Source: Podarcis pityusensis (lineage: Eukaryota). From it: a stretch of DNA of 64,000 nucleotides. Position numbers and translations under genes: made by a program. A model generated the notes under the pieces. The model had not been told where the DNA came from. It saw only the letters and a program-made list of their open reading frames with translations, and did not search any database. Where the stretch lies: assembly GCA_964106645.2 (NCBI GenBank), contig OZ067053.1; one strand, 5' to 3'. Positions 40,053 through 52,300 of the stretch are shown here, in pieces; positions within the stretch are counted from its first letter, which is position 1, and each line of letters opens with the position of its first letter.

Positions 40053-40272
40053 CAGTGGTACCTTGGGTTAAGTACTTAATTCATTCCGGAGGTCCGTTCT
40101 TAACCTGAAACTGTTCTTAACCTGAAGCACCACTTTAAGCTAATGGGGCCTCCTGCTGCTGCCGCGAGCACGATTTCTGTTCTCATCCTGAAGCAAAGCT
40201 CTTAACCCGAGGTAATATTTCTGGGTCAGCGGAGTCTGTAACCTGAAGCGTATGTAACCCGAGGTACCACTG
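40053..40272. mobile_element. MITE family A
   Basis: TIRs plus TA TSD. Confidence 0.88.
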
Positions 40273-40485
40273 TATAGGGAATCCCCATTTATTTTGCGGT
40301 TCAGGGAGTATTATAAGCAGCTGCAGTAGGAGGAGAGGAAAGAGCATGAATAACAGCTGTGAGTGGAGAAGCCCTTTTCCCCAACCCTTTGAAACACCTG
40401 GGAAACTCCACGAACATGCTGCAGCTGGAACTGGGGGCAGCTGAATGGGACACAGCTGTGGGCCGCTTGAGAAAATACCATCCAC

Positions 40486-40597
40486 GGGGGCGGGGCGGGG
40501 GGTGGGCTGCCTATAAAATGGCGAGTCTTGCATGAGAGTCACTAAATGTTGGCTTTTTCCAGGCACGGCAACTCTTGTGGAGCTTCTGTAGGTGAGT
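40486..40597 (+). promoter_or_regulatory. Candidate core promoter: GC boxes, TATAAAA (40512), Inr-like TCA (40541) and a 5' splice site (40591/40592)
   Basis: ggggcggggcggggg...ctataaaatggcg...gtcact...tag|gtgagt. Confidence 0.45.
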
Positions 40598-40700
40598 TGA
40601 GAGTTTTCTGGACCCTGTGTGAGATCCCAGAGGCTGAGTGGGTGGGTGTATCAGAAGGAAAATGGATATTGTCTCCTATGCATTAGTAACTTTGTACTGC

Positions 40701-40831
40701 ATCTGAAGCAGTGTGCATGCACACGAAAGCTTATACCCAGAACAAACTTAGTTGGTCTCTAAAGTGCTACTGGATAATTTTCTAATGTATTTATTCCGAC
40801 TGCGCCAGACCAACACGGCTACCTACCTGAA
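40701..40831 (+). mobile_element. Penelope-like element 3' fragment
   Basis: cacgaaagcttatacc...ttagttggtctctaaagtgctac...caacacggctacc; 10-bp TSD tttgtactgc at 40691-40700 and 40832-40841. Confidence 0.7.
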
Positions 40832-43800
40832 TTTGTACTGCGTGTAAACTGTATTTTTGCAATGTTTTTATTTAAGCCGTCTGTTGTCGCTTCATTATTA
40901 TTTTTTGTACATCGCTTACAAATATTTTTAAAAGATATTACAGAAACGAAAAAATCAATCGGCATAGATTTCTGGAGCTGAGGTCTTTGTAATAAAGAAC
41001 TGGGAACAAATCACCACCTTTAGGACCTTCTGCTGCCCCCTTAGCTGTATCCCTTGGAGAACCCCCCCCCCACCTCAAAGCCCCCGCCCCTGGCCTTGCC
41101 ACGTGCGCTCCGACCCCCCCCCCTTTGCAATTGCAAACGGGCTGAGCGACCCCACCCACGTGCTCGGGTCCTTCCTTGGGGCGGGGCTGATCCTGCATCT
41201 TTCTCGGCGTGTGCGGGGGGAGTGAGGCCGGCGCGCCCCAGGACGCCTTCCTGTTGCCAGCGGGGTGGGGGGGGGCTGCTACTAATAAGAGAAACGGGTG
41301 CCGCTGGTGAGTTGCCCAGGAACGGGTCGACTTATTTGTGTTTGCTGAATTTATACCCCATCTTTTCCCTCCAAGGGGCCCGGAGTGGCACACCTGAGGC
41401 TCTCAGTCCTCGGTTCATCATCACCACAAGAGTAAACTTTCTGAGAGGTCATGATTGAGGTGTGGTTTTAAATGAAAACCTCATTTTTTCCCCAATTTGG
41501 AGCCTGCAATTTGCAGAGAGGAGCTGGCTAGAGACCCCAGACTCTAGTCTAGACAATCCTTTTAGCCATGGTAATGGTCAGTAACTTTTCTTCCAGGGAC
41601 TTGTCTAATTTCTCACACCAGAGAAAGTTTTGTCTCTCCGCCCCCTAATTTCCTGATTGTGCTAGTATAAAACAAACCACCTTGGTGCTGCTCCACCCTA
41701 CCAAATAATTTGTCAGAAGCTGAGATTTGAACCCAAGGCCAGAATTCTATTACTCGCTGGTGCCTGTACTTTTGTTCCTGTCTGCCCTTCCTAGTATTGA
41801 TATAAAATAAAAAGGGACCCAAACAAACCACATTTTAAAAACAGTAGTTTCAAGGACCACGCTTCATTCAGATAATTCTGTTGGCAATTTCCATCTTCAG
41901 AGCCACAGTCTGATTTACTAGATAGTCCATTTTATTTAAAATGGTTAAAAAAAACCTAGGAGTTCAAGCATGGTGTGAAGAAAGCAGACAGAAATAAGCT
42001 TTTCTCCCTTTTCTCACAGTGCAGGAACTTAGAATCATCTTCTCTCTTTTGCACACATACCCAGAGAAAGAAAGAGAACGAGAACCAGTTATGGCACTAG
42101 GACCTGGGAGACATGGGTTCAAATTCCCATTCTGCCATGAAACTCACTGGTTAACCTTGGGGCAGTCATTCTCAGCCTGACATACCTACCTCACAGGGTT
42201 GTTGCAGAGATTAATGGTTCCTTGTTCCCCACAGAAGAGGCCACGCGTGGACCAAAAAGGTGAAGTGGTTCACAGCCCTGCTGAAGAGGAACGCAGAGCC
42301 ATGAAGCAGGAAAGCTTTTCAAGCTCTCCAGCAATCCCCTTGGGGCCTGGCAAGACTGGCAGGTACTTGGGGGGGGGCGGTCCCTCCTCACAGCATCTAC
42401 ATCCTTGCGAGAATCAGCTTTTAATGTTTAATAGGTTATTGTATTTTAGTGTTCTGTTGGAAGCCGCCCATAGTGGCTGGGGAAACCCAGCCAGATGGGC
42501 GGGGTGTAAATAATAAATTATTATTATTATTATTATTATCATGCCAACTTCTGGAGGCAGGAATATGACTCAACTTTTTTTTGCAGAGAATACAGCTGGG
42601 GAACTGAAAATTGCCTAGCCTAGGCCAAAGAGGGTGTGCACTCCTAAGCTTCTGAGAATGTTTTGGTTTTTTTTTACTTTTTAAAAAAACCATTAAGTGG
42701 TATATAAATCTTACAAACTGGTTTACAAAGAGAATAAGACACAAAAATTATCAGTAAAAGCAACTCTTTAAAAGCAACATTCAAAAGATGTGCTGTTGAG
42801 GTGTCTTTGTAAACAGTACTGTGTTTTTTTGGTTCATATACCACCTTACAGATATTTTACGTGGAAGTGTGGTTTATAAGTATTCAGACAACCAGATAAC
42901 CGTGTGTGGGGGGGTTGCTTCAATGCAGGTTGTGCCAGGATGCCTCCAGGTGCGTCAGGTCAGAGACAGTCAGTGAGCAGGACTTGGAGAAAGATGGCCT
43001 GGTGCTTAGATAAAAGGAGTGATGGTGGCCCTGGTCAACTCGCCTGCCCTGCAGCAGGTAAGGAGAAAGGAGTCTGGTGGAAGAATGTGGGATTCCTCAT
43101 GGAGCAGCTGCAGATCCATGAACCTGTAGCCTCAGAGGAGCAACTGTGTCAGGTTCCCGCCCTGCACCATTGAGGCAGTGGCACCACCTGACGCCATGCT
43201 GATTGGACTTGAGCACCAGGAAACGGAGGGTGCTTCCAAACAGATGCTTATTATGGGTGGGTGTTCCTCTCACACGCACATTTTTCACATGACGTAAGCA
43301 ACAAAAAAGCCAACTCGTATTACACCCTCCCCCCAAAATAATAATCCAGATTTACCCTTTCCAGGGAAAATCCAAACAGTTAAAAAAGCCTGTTGACTAG
43401 TCACCCAATCACAGAATTATAGAGTTGGAAGGGACTCCCAAAGATCCTCTAGTCCAACCCCTTACAATGAACCGCAGCTAATATTTCTCCCTCCCCTCCT
43501 CAGCTCTTCTATCACTGTGCTTGGCCAACCTCGATGCTGCCCCTGTCCTGCTCAGAGAATAGCCCTGCCTTGGCACAACAGCAGGTAAGGACTAGTTTCT
43601 TCTTATTTGCATTGACGTGCCCCCTTTTTTTGCCAAAGAGCACAAGGTGATGTACATTGTTTTCCCATTTTATCCCCACAACAAGGTAGGTTAGGCTAAG
43701 AGAGGCATTGACTGGCCCCATGATATGGTAGGTGTTCTAGCTTATAGAATGGCTGTAGCCGGGGGTGGAGGGGAGGCTTTTCAGCCCAAGAGCCACATTC

Positions 43801-46793
43801 CTCTTAGGGTAACTTACCGGAGGCCAAATGTAGGGGGAGGAAAGAATGCAAACGTTACTTTTCTACTAGTTTAGACACAGACACACCCACACCTTTCTCC
43901 AGCTTTGGATCCCGAGATCTGCAGATGAAGAGCGCTGTGCAAATGTAATAAAAAATAAAAATAAAATCCAGGCACACGAGAGTCCACGGTCACCTCCCAG
44001 CCAGGCAAAAGCACTCAAGGGGGTGAAGCAAGGCTGGGATTGGACTTGGGATCTTGCACCTGGGTCTGGTTGGCAGTTTGTGGGGTCCTAGCAAAAAAAA
44101 CCAACACCCCAAAGTTGATCCAACAAGCCTGAATCCTGCCCCGCCCTGCTGGACTGGCGCAACTCATTTTCTGCAGTGTGTTGGGTGGGAGGAAGGAGGC
44201 TTGCGCCACTCAGCCAGATGGTGGTGGGGCTGCTCCTTCTCGAAAGGGCTCTCTGTCCATGTTCTACCTGACGGCACTCTTCTTCTTCGTCTTGGAATGT
44301 GGCCCTCTCAGCGGCCATTAGCAGAGCAGGAATGCTTTTAAGGACATCAATAATGAATGTGCTACCTCTGTGCACTCTGGGCTGCTGCTTTAGTGTAGCT
44401 CTGGCATCTTTTTGCCACATTGGCTGGTGGAAAACGAGGAAAGTTGGCTGTGCTGGGTAGCTTAGGGCAGTTGCCTCCCACGCTGGGGGCTCGCAGGAAG
44501 GGCCACTCCCTATGTCTGGATCACGAAGAACAGGGAGGTAGGTAGGTGGCAAGGGAGCCCGCTGTCAGTGCCACGTTTCCTTGGGGTAACAGCAGCACCC
44601 ACATGGCACGCAGCCCAGGTGAATCTGGTGGATCACACAGATCCAGCCCCTCCAGGGGTTCAGAGCCCACCAACTTCACAAGGCGGTTGCCATCTTGCAA
44701 AGTGGCTCGTAAGTCAGGCAACGAGGGGCGGCATTTCTCGAGTTTTAAAAGAACAAAGCTTGAGGCTGTTGTGAGTGCTAAGCTACGGGCCCGCTGTACA
44801 AGCTCGTGGGGACGGGTTATCTGTGGAAGGGGTGCCCGTAAGATAGCATAGGATATGAGAAAAGGGGGAGCAGATTTCATCACGCAGGGTGTCGTTTAAA
44901 CTCTGGAATTTGGTCATTTGAACATGCTTGCATACTTACCTTCCCCATTTTCTCATCTGTTTTTCCTAGGAAGTGAAAAGAAAAGGGCGGCGATGGAGGG
45001 GAGATCTTCCTTTTTAATAGGCCTTCCATTGATCCCTTCCTGCCTCCCCTTGTGCTGGATCCGAAACGTACTATGTGCTGCAGTTGCGAAGACCCACATT
45101 CTCCATCCGTTGCATCTGTGGAAAACAGTGCCAGGGAACACTTTTCAGGTGGTTCATAGTCTAAACAGAACCACTTTCGACATTGGGGTCTGCTAAGGAC
45201 TCCAAGATTTCTTGTAACTATTTTGCAGAGTTTGTTTGCAGAGGAAGGGTTTGATAAGGCCGTTTGATAAGCTGTCAAGTTTCAGCTCTCATTGATGGGC
45301 ATCTGCTCAGCTGCCTTCAGAGGTTCCACCTGGACAGAGGTGTATTCCAAGCCTCACAGGAGGAGAACAAGACCAACATACATTGCTTTCCTTAAAGAAT
45401 CTTGGGAACTGTAGGTTCCCTATTGTAGCTGTGTGGGTAAACTACAGTTCCCAGGATTCCCTGGGGGAAATAATGTGATTTCAGTGTATGGTGTGCCCAG
45501 CAGTTAGCATGCCCCAAGCCACTCTGCTCTCTTTCCTGTTGTGGAACTTCTCCTGTGAGCTGAAATAATGGAAATGGTGTCTCTTTGGAGGCAAGAGAAA
45601 GGGAGGGGCATTTGCCACATGCCAGAGACCATAGAAGTGTAAGATTGTTATATGGCCTTTGCAGTCATTTTATCAAATTGTTTACTTTTTAAGCAGGATT
45701 CCAGATCATGAGTCCATTGAGGGTTTTATTTGCTTAACTCAAATGTGAGGCCCTCCAGATGTTCTGGGCTACATCTCCGATCATCCTGGATCGCTGGCCT
45801 TGCTGCTTTGGGCTGGTGGGACACCAACATCTGGAGGGCCAGCAGTTTCAACTTAACTGTTTCTCTTTTAATATATTTTTTTGTAACTTTCAGTTATATA
45901 CATTTCAATAGTTTTAGTAATTTAAATGTTTCAAGACTCGACTTCCTCGTCTTTCTGTGGTCCCTCCGGTAATTTTCACCATCTTAAATGTTTCTCAATG
46001 GGATATTTGCCTCCTGCGTGGACCTTCTGTTATAAAGGAATAATTACGAATAAAATTTATTTGAAAATGGCTGCCTCTCTTTGCATGGGTGGTATCGTGG
46101 TTGCTGCTGTTGGTTGGGAACTGAGCCTGGGTGTCTTTTGCACCAAACGCTGGGTTTTTTTGCCCTTTCCCTTCCCTTAATTTTTTAAAACTTTGCTAGG
46201 ACTAGGCTTGGATGCCTTGTAAAATATATTGCTGATGACACACACACACACACACACCTTAATTTGCCCAGAGATGCCTACACATAGAAATTAGTCAATG
46301 CAAATTTTAATGTGAAGGTGATTTTTAAAAATTGCCCTCCTTTCAAACCTATAATTGGAGACACAGAGAGACTTCATGCAAATTGTCTTAAGGACATATG
46401 TAGCAGGGAAAACATGAATGGAACAGTATTCAACCTGCTTAAAAAAAATTTTAGGGGGTGCCATTTTAATGGAAACCTAATTCTCATTTCCCCAACAGAG
46501 GTCCTTTGAAATTTGTACTCTGGATTTAGGTCTCCAACAACAGTGTGTATAAAAGTTATATGTTAGAGGAAATGACATACAAAAAATGCATTTTATTACA
46601 GCAGATTATTTGCAAGAACAAAAAAGTATACAGTATTAGGCAACATGCCCCCTGAAATGCTGACAAATTTTTGTGAGGACTTGAAAATGGTAATTGCAAA
46701 CTATTTTGCAGTGTATTTATCCAAAATACACTGCAATGTGTACACTGTATGCATACAGGCAACAATGCATGCCTGTATGTGATTCCCCTAATA

Positions 46794-47035
46794 CAGTGGT
46801 ACCTTGGGTTACAGATGCTTCAGGTTACAGAAGCTTCAAGTTACAGACTTCGCTAACCCAGAAATAGTGCTTCAGGTTAAGAACTTTGCTTCAGGATAAG
46901 AACAGAAATCGTGCTCTGGGGGCGCAGCGGCAGGAGGAGGCCCCATTAGCTAAAGTGGTGCTTCAGGTTAAGAACAGTTTCAGGTTAAGAACGGACCTCC
47001 GGAACGAATTAGGTACTTAACCCGAGGTACCACTG
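46794..47035. mobile_element. MITE family A
   Basis: TIRs plus TA TSD. Confidence 0.88.
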
Positions 47036-47761
47036 TATATGAATTGTTTTAGTGGAAATTGTGAATTTGAGGATTTGAACAAAAATTATAAACTGATGTA
47101 GAGGGTTGGGAAAATGGGAAACAGAGGAAAAAACCCCCAAAAGGGGCTGATTATTCTCCTTCCTCCTTAAACCATCATCTTCTAGCAAAAAAAGAACTGG
47201 GGGCGGAGAACAGCCCTCCCCAGAGACAACCCCTATGATGACGATATATAAGAACGTGCAGACTTAGTCCCACCAGAGAGCTGATGTTGCACACATAGTC
47301 CTGCTCCTGCTCTGCGGATAGGCTGGTCTGCCTCCTTTGCCTTTAGCAACCGGAGACAAATATATCCATCTTTTCTCCCTTCCTCCTGAACCATGGCAAC
47401 AGATGGGGGTGACTCTTCTCCTGGCTCAGGCTGCAGCCCCGACGTCTGAGTGCCAGGGAGAAGGAGGAATGGGCACTTAGAGACAAGCTGTGCATTAATA
47501 AGTCATGCTTTCCCGGCAAATGAAAGGAGAAAAAAATCAAGTGTGCAAGCCAGGCGGAGGCAAGTTGGAGGCTCGGAACTCACTTCACTCAGGATCATGG
47601 GGGAACATTGAGCCCAATATCTGCCTCCCAACCTGCTGCCCTTAAATGTCACAAACACCCTTTCACGTTTCCTCATGTCCTCAAGACGTTTTGGACTCTA
47701 GGCCCCATCAGGCTGGGCAGGTGGGAGTCCTAGTTCAAAATAGCTGAAAGGCAAAGCTTGT

Positions 47762-48101
47762 GGCACTGTGGGTTAAACCACAGAGCCTAGGACTTGCCGA
47801 TCAGAAGGTCGGCGGTTCGAATCCCCGCGACGGGGTGAGCTCCCGTTGCTCGGTCCCAGCTCCTGCCCACCTAGCAGTTTGAAAGCACATCAAAGTGCAA
47901 GTAGATAAATAGGTACCACTCCGGCGGGAAGGTAAACGGCGTTTCTGTGTGCTGCTCTGGTTCGCCAGAAGCGGCTTAGTCATGCTGGCCACATGACCCG
48001 GAAGCTGTACGCCGGCTCCCTTGGCCAATAAAGCGAGATGAGCGCTGCAACCCCAGAGTCGGTCGCGACTGGACCTAATGGTCAGGGGTCCCTTTACCTT
48101 T
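47762..48101 (+). mobile_element. Sauria SINE, TSD aaagcttgt
   Basis: TSD at 47753-47761 and 48102-48110. Confidence 0.9.
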
Positions 48102-49070
48102 AAAGCTTGTTTACCCTCTAAAAGGCTCTTGCCACCTTTGCAAGGAAGGGCTTCTCTCTGCAGAAGAGAACAGACAATGTCCTGTGAAAGGCACTCCCGA
48201 AAAAGCCCACCTCCCAGCAAACTTAGAAGAGAACATTTCAAATCCTACGCTTCTTTCAGCGAGCTCTTCCCGCCGCAATTTCACACTCGCAACAACAACC
48301 CTGCGAGGTAGGTCAGGCTGAGACCACTGAGCATCACGACCGAGGAAGAGATTTTTTGAGGAGGTGTTAGGGAGGTCAGTCTCCAGATCTACCAACCCTC
48401 CTCGTGGGACGCCTCCCTCCTCCTCCGCCCTGCCTCCCTCCGCAATGCCCGCCCACCCCTTTTGCAATGCAGCACGGCTACCGCGCATGCTCCGGTCTCC
48501 CTCTCCCCGCCCCGCGCACTCCCGCGTCCAGCGCCGCGGAGCTATTTATAGCCGATGACGTCAGCTAGAAATAGAACGCCGGGGCCAGCCGCGGCTCAGG
48601 CGCGTGACTGATGGGCTGACGCACGGGCACGCGCCCTCCGCAACCCCTCCCTTCCCTTGCGGTCTTCTTGGCTCCGCCCACTTCGCCCACTTTTTTTACT
48701 ATAAGGGGAATGCCTCGTCAAGCGTGCGCATGCGCAGCTTTTTTTTTGCTTTTTTTAATATATAATATCGCAGCGAGGAATCCAACTTGCCCTCCTTTCC
48801 CTTGAGCGGCGGCGCTTTCCTCTCTGACGCATGCGCACAGTGTCATGCAGTGAGCGTGTGTATGTATGTAGGTGGGTGAGTCTCTGTCGGGCGCTGGCCG
48901 GTGTGTGGAGCGCGCACGCGCGAGAGCGAGGGAGTAGACGTTTGAAGCTGCGCGTGCGCGAAGCAGCCAGTCGGTCCAGTCAGTCACAGAGTGCGCGCGC
49001 TCTCTCGCCTGAGGTAAAAAAGAGGCGAAGGAGGGAGAGCCGTTGCTGCTACTGCTGCTGCTTCTGAGGC

Positions 49071-49094
49071 GCCGCCGCCGCCGCCGCCGCCGCC
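49071..49094 (+). repeat. (GCC)8 trinucleotide repeat in the probable YWHAH 5' UTR
   Basis: Seen directly. Confidence 0.95.
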
Positions 49095-49219
49095 TCAGTC
49101 TCGCTCTGTCTTTGGCCGGCCCTGAAAGGAGCTTCGCCTCGGAAGGGCGCGCACAGCCCCAGCCCAGAGACCCCACCGCCACCTCGAGCCTCCGCCTCAG
49201 CCCCCGGACAACGACGACG

Positions 49220-49306
49220 ATGAGCGACCGCGAGCAGCTGCTGCAGCGAGCCCGCCTGGCCGAGCAGGCGGAGCGATACGACGACATGGCTTCGGCCATG
49301 AAAGCG
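49220..49306 (+). CDS. YWHAH: 14-3-3 protein eta, exon 1: [29 protein letters not shown]
   Basis: ATG at 49220, gcg|gtgagt donor; eta-type N-terminus. Confidence 0.97.
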
Positions 49307-52300
49307 GTGAGTGGACCGAGCGAGGGGAGCCAAGAAGAAGAAGAAGGGGCTGCTGCTGCTGACCCACCGCCAGACCCACCCACGGGGAGGATGAGGATGG
49401 CGGCCGCCCCCCTGGAGGAGGAAAGGGGGTCGGCGATGGTGACCAAGACTTCTCGCTCCAAATGTGTCCCCCCCCCCTTTCTCACCTCCCTTTTCCTCAG
49501 TCCCCCTAACCCTTAAGGCGGATGCCTTGCAATACCTGTCTCTTTTAGGTTCTTGTTATTCTGAGGCTGCCCCCCCCCCTTTATTTCTATTAAGTGATCT
49601 TAATAGGGTATTGTGGAAGCCTTTCTGGGGGAGGAGGGTTTCTTCTTCTTTTCTGTAGTTGGAGCTGGGAAGAGGCTGGGAGGGGGGAGTTCAGAGGGGG
49701 TGGGTGCTATCCATTGAATCAGCTGCTGTGGCCCCTTTCTCTCAGGCCTGGTCTAGGTGTCCCCCACCCTCTCTCAGCCCTCCCTCTGAAAGTAGAAGTT
49801 GGGGTGTGGGTGGGGATCCTCTGTAAAAGAATGAACTGGTTCTAGCCAGTGAACAGATCTCTCCTCTCAGCCTCCCTTCTAAGGCATGCTGCCTGTTAGT
49901 CTCCATCCTCTGGGAATGAGCTGGGAAAGGGGAAGGGTCTTTTAGCCCCTTTTAGTCTTCTCACCACACCACACACACATATGTTGTGACTAGGCAAGAC
50001 AGGAGTGTGTGTGGCTTTCTTGAGGTGGGGTTAGTCAGATTATTTTATCATTTCCCTCCCTGTCTGCTTATCAGCTGACATGGGCATTGTCAACGATGGA
50101 GTGGGTGTATGTAGTGCACTAAGGGAGTGCCCTTTAACAGCTTGGCGTGTCTGTGTGTGCCAGAAGCTGAGGACAAGCCCTGAGCCATGCGGCAAGGTGG
50201 AGCAATGGGGATGTGGGCACTGTTTGAGTGGGATGGAGACTGATTTGAGCCATGGGGCAGATCTGGCTGGGAAGCTCTTCTCTGCAAGGTTTGTCAAAGG
50301 GTTCTATTTCATGTGGCTTTTGTTGGAGAGCTTCCTAACAGTTTGTCCCTCATGCTAATGAGGCTCTGCTTCTAAAACATCTTGAACCACTTTGAAAAAG
50401 GGCCTTTTGGCCATACTGCTATCCATCTCCCTTATTTCCAGCAGCCCCCTTTTGCATTTATATAGTACTTGCCTCAATAACCTTCCAAATAACTGGTTCA
50501 GAATTTTATTTTTGCCTTTTGTTGTTGTCATTTCAATATTCAGCAGCATAAAAAGGATTAAAATCTAATTAAGTTTTGATAGTATTCTATAACATAACAT
50601 GATTCTAATACAAGTCTGTTTTTCTTATTGCCACTGGACAGGCTTCTTTTTATTTGGCCCACCAAAAAAAATACCAGATTGCATGTAAATGCAGGGCATG
50701 TCAGTTTTCTTCTGTGTGATCCAGGTGGTCAGCATTCATCCTCGCTCTGCTATCTTGCTCTAGTGAGTATCAAATCCAAGGGACCAAAATCAACTGACAG
50801 AGTTCTTTGGAGGGTTTCCCCTCATACGTTGGCATTACGAGTTTTCCATGAAAGTATGCTGACTGAATAGTATTTATGACTACCCAGTTTCCCCATTTTT
50901 GCTTGCAGGGGGATTTTGCACACTCACCCCCTCCTCCCTGCTTCCTGTCTGTTAACACTCTTGATTCTACCTCAGATTCTTTCCTCTGCACAACCTTGGA
51001 GATAGTCGCAGTGCTGGATGATTATGTTTCTGCCCATCTGTCTTGCCGCATGCTGACTCTGAGCCTGAGCTACTGTAGCACAAGCACACCCTACTGCTCT
51101 GAGGCAGGCTTCAGTAGCAGTGGGGATTCAGTCTTTAAAACAGCTACTTTTGGATACTTTTGCTTCAAGATCCATTTGTCAGTCTGAGCAATAGTCTGAC
51201 ATGTAAATGGTGCAGCTCTGGGGCATCTTGTGGGGTTGGATTGCTGTTTATTCCTGTCTGCTTTTGACCTACTTTTGAAATTCCCACCATAAAAAGAGCA
51301 ATTTCATAATTCCAGAATGACTACACATGTATAGTAGTGCACATGCATACCTGGATGACATGTGTTAGGATCTTTACCCAAGGGTTGCAGTGCATCACAG
51401 CAAACATGTTTTCTGAAGGGGAATTATCTTCAAGACAACAGTGTAGTTTTGGAGTAATTGAATATGCAGTTTACTACAAAAAGGGTAGTAAAAAACACCC
51501 ATATCACTTGAAGCATTGTGGGGTAACTTACTTAAGAGTTAGAGAGGCAAGAAAGGAAACAGGGAGGGAAAAGAGATCAGTGTGGATACCTGTCCCAAGG
51601 CAAAAGATATAGGAAATGACTCTTTCAAAGGCATCTGCCTTAAATCTGGAGGTTGTCAATTGCACTAGATTTGCATTAGTTATTCTTTACATATACTAAA
51701 ATGATTAGACACCCTGACTCTTAATAACAAGGGGCACCATACAGAACATTCCTAGGTAAAGGCTGTGAAGGAAGAACACAAATGTTGGCAAGCTGTAGGT
51801 TCCTTTGGAACCCTTTTAAAACCAAGTGCAAAAATAAAATAAATGGAGGAGGAGGAAAGAGAAGGATTGGGGGAGGGGGAGTTAGGGCTATCTGTAAAAG
51901 AAAGAACCTCCGCTAGGGATTTCTCTTATAGGCTATGTTATGCGAGGGAGGAAAAGGGTATTGATAGTGCACCTTTGATGAATGTAAAGGTCAGGGTGTG
52001 TGCAAGAGGGGTCCCTTGTATACATGGTTTGGGAGGAAGTCCCTAATCTTAATGTGTGGCTTAGTTATTTGCACTATCATTCTCCAGTGCTTCCTGCTTT
52101 CCCTCTCCAGGGCCCTGCAGTGCGAATCACTAGGTGCACTGCAAGGAAGCAGGGTGTGCACATACTCCAGAGGTCTCTGGCCTGCTGCATAGAGGGTGTC
52201 AACACCCTGTGGTTTGTGTTAATGGTGACAGCCAGCACATGCTTGCTCCTTTCTTGCCCTGGGTGTCTAAGCCTCTGCTGAGGAATACATTTTCAGGCAA

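Larger units (their letters stand above)
48400..49450. promoter_or_regulatory. CpG island / YWHAH promoter with MEF2 (48542-48551), CRE TGACGTCA (48556-48563), NRF1 palindrome TGCGCATGCGCA (48725-48736) and GC boxes
   Basis: Dense CpG around YWHAH exon 1; motifs read directly from the sequence. Confidence 0.85.

Noticed and set aside
44670-44820. Faint resemblance of SFVLLKLEKC...DGNRLVKL to G-CSF helix A
   Set aside because: It needs gaps, there is no signal peptide or matching downstream exons, and it cannot be told from chance without a profile search.
44918-45196. + strand exon starting at ttttcctag|44970
   Set aside because: It has only a weak donor, and its pyrimidine tract is explained as the complement of the purine-rich end of the - strand candidate exon.
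48718-49485. 255-aa antisense ORF over YWHAH exon 1
   Set aside because: Low-complexity product of a CpG island and GCC/CTG repeats, where stop codons are rare; no recognisable domain.
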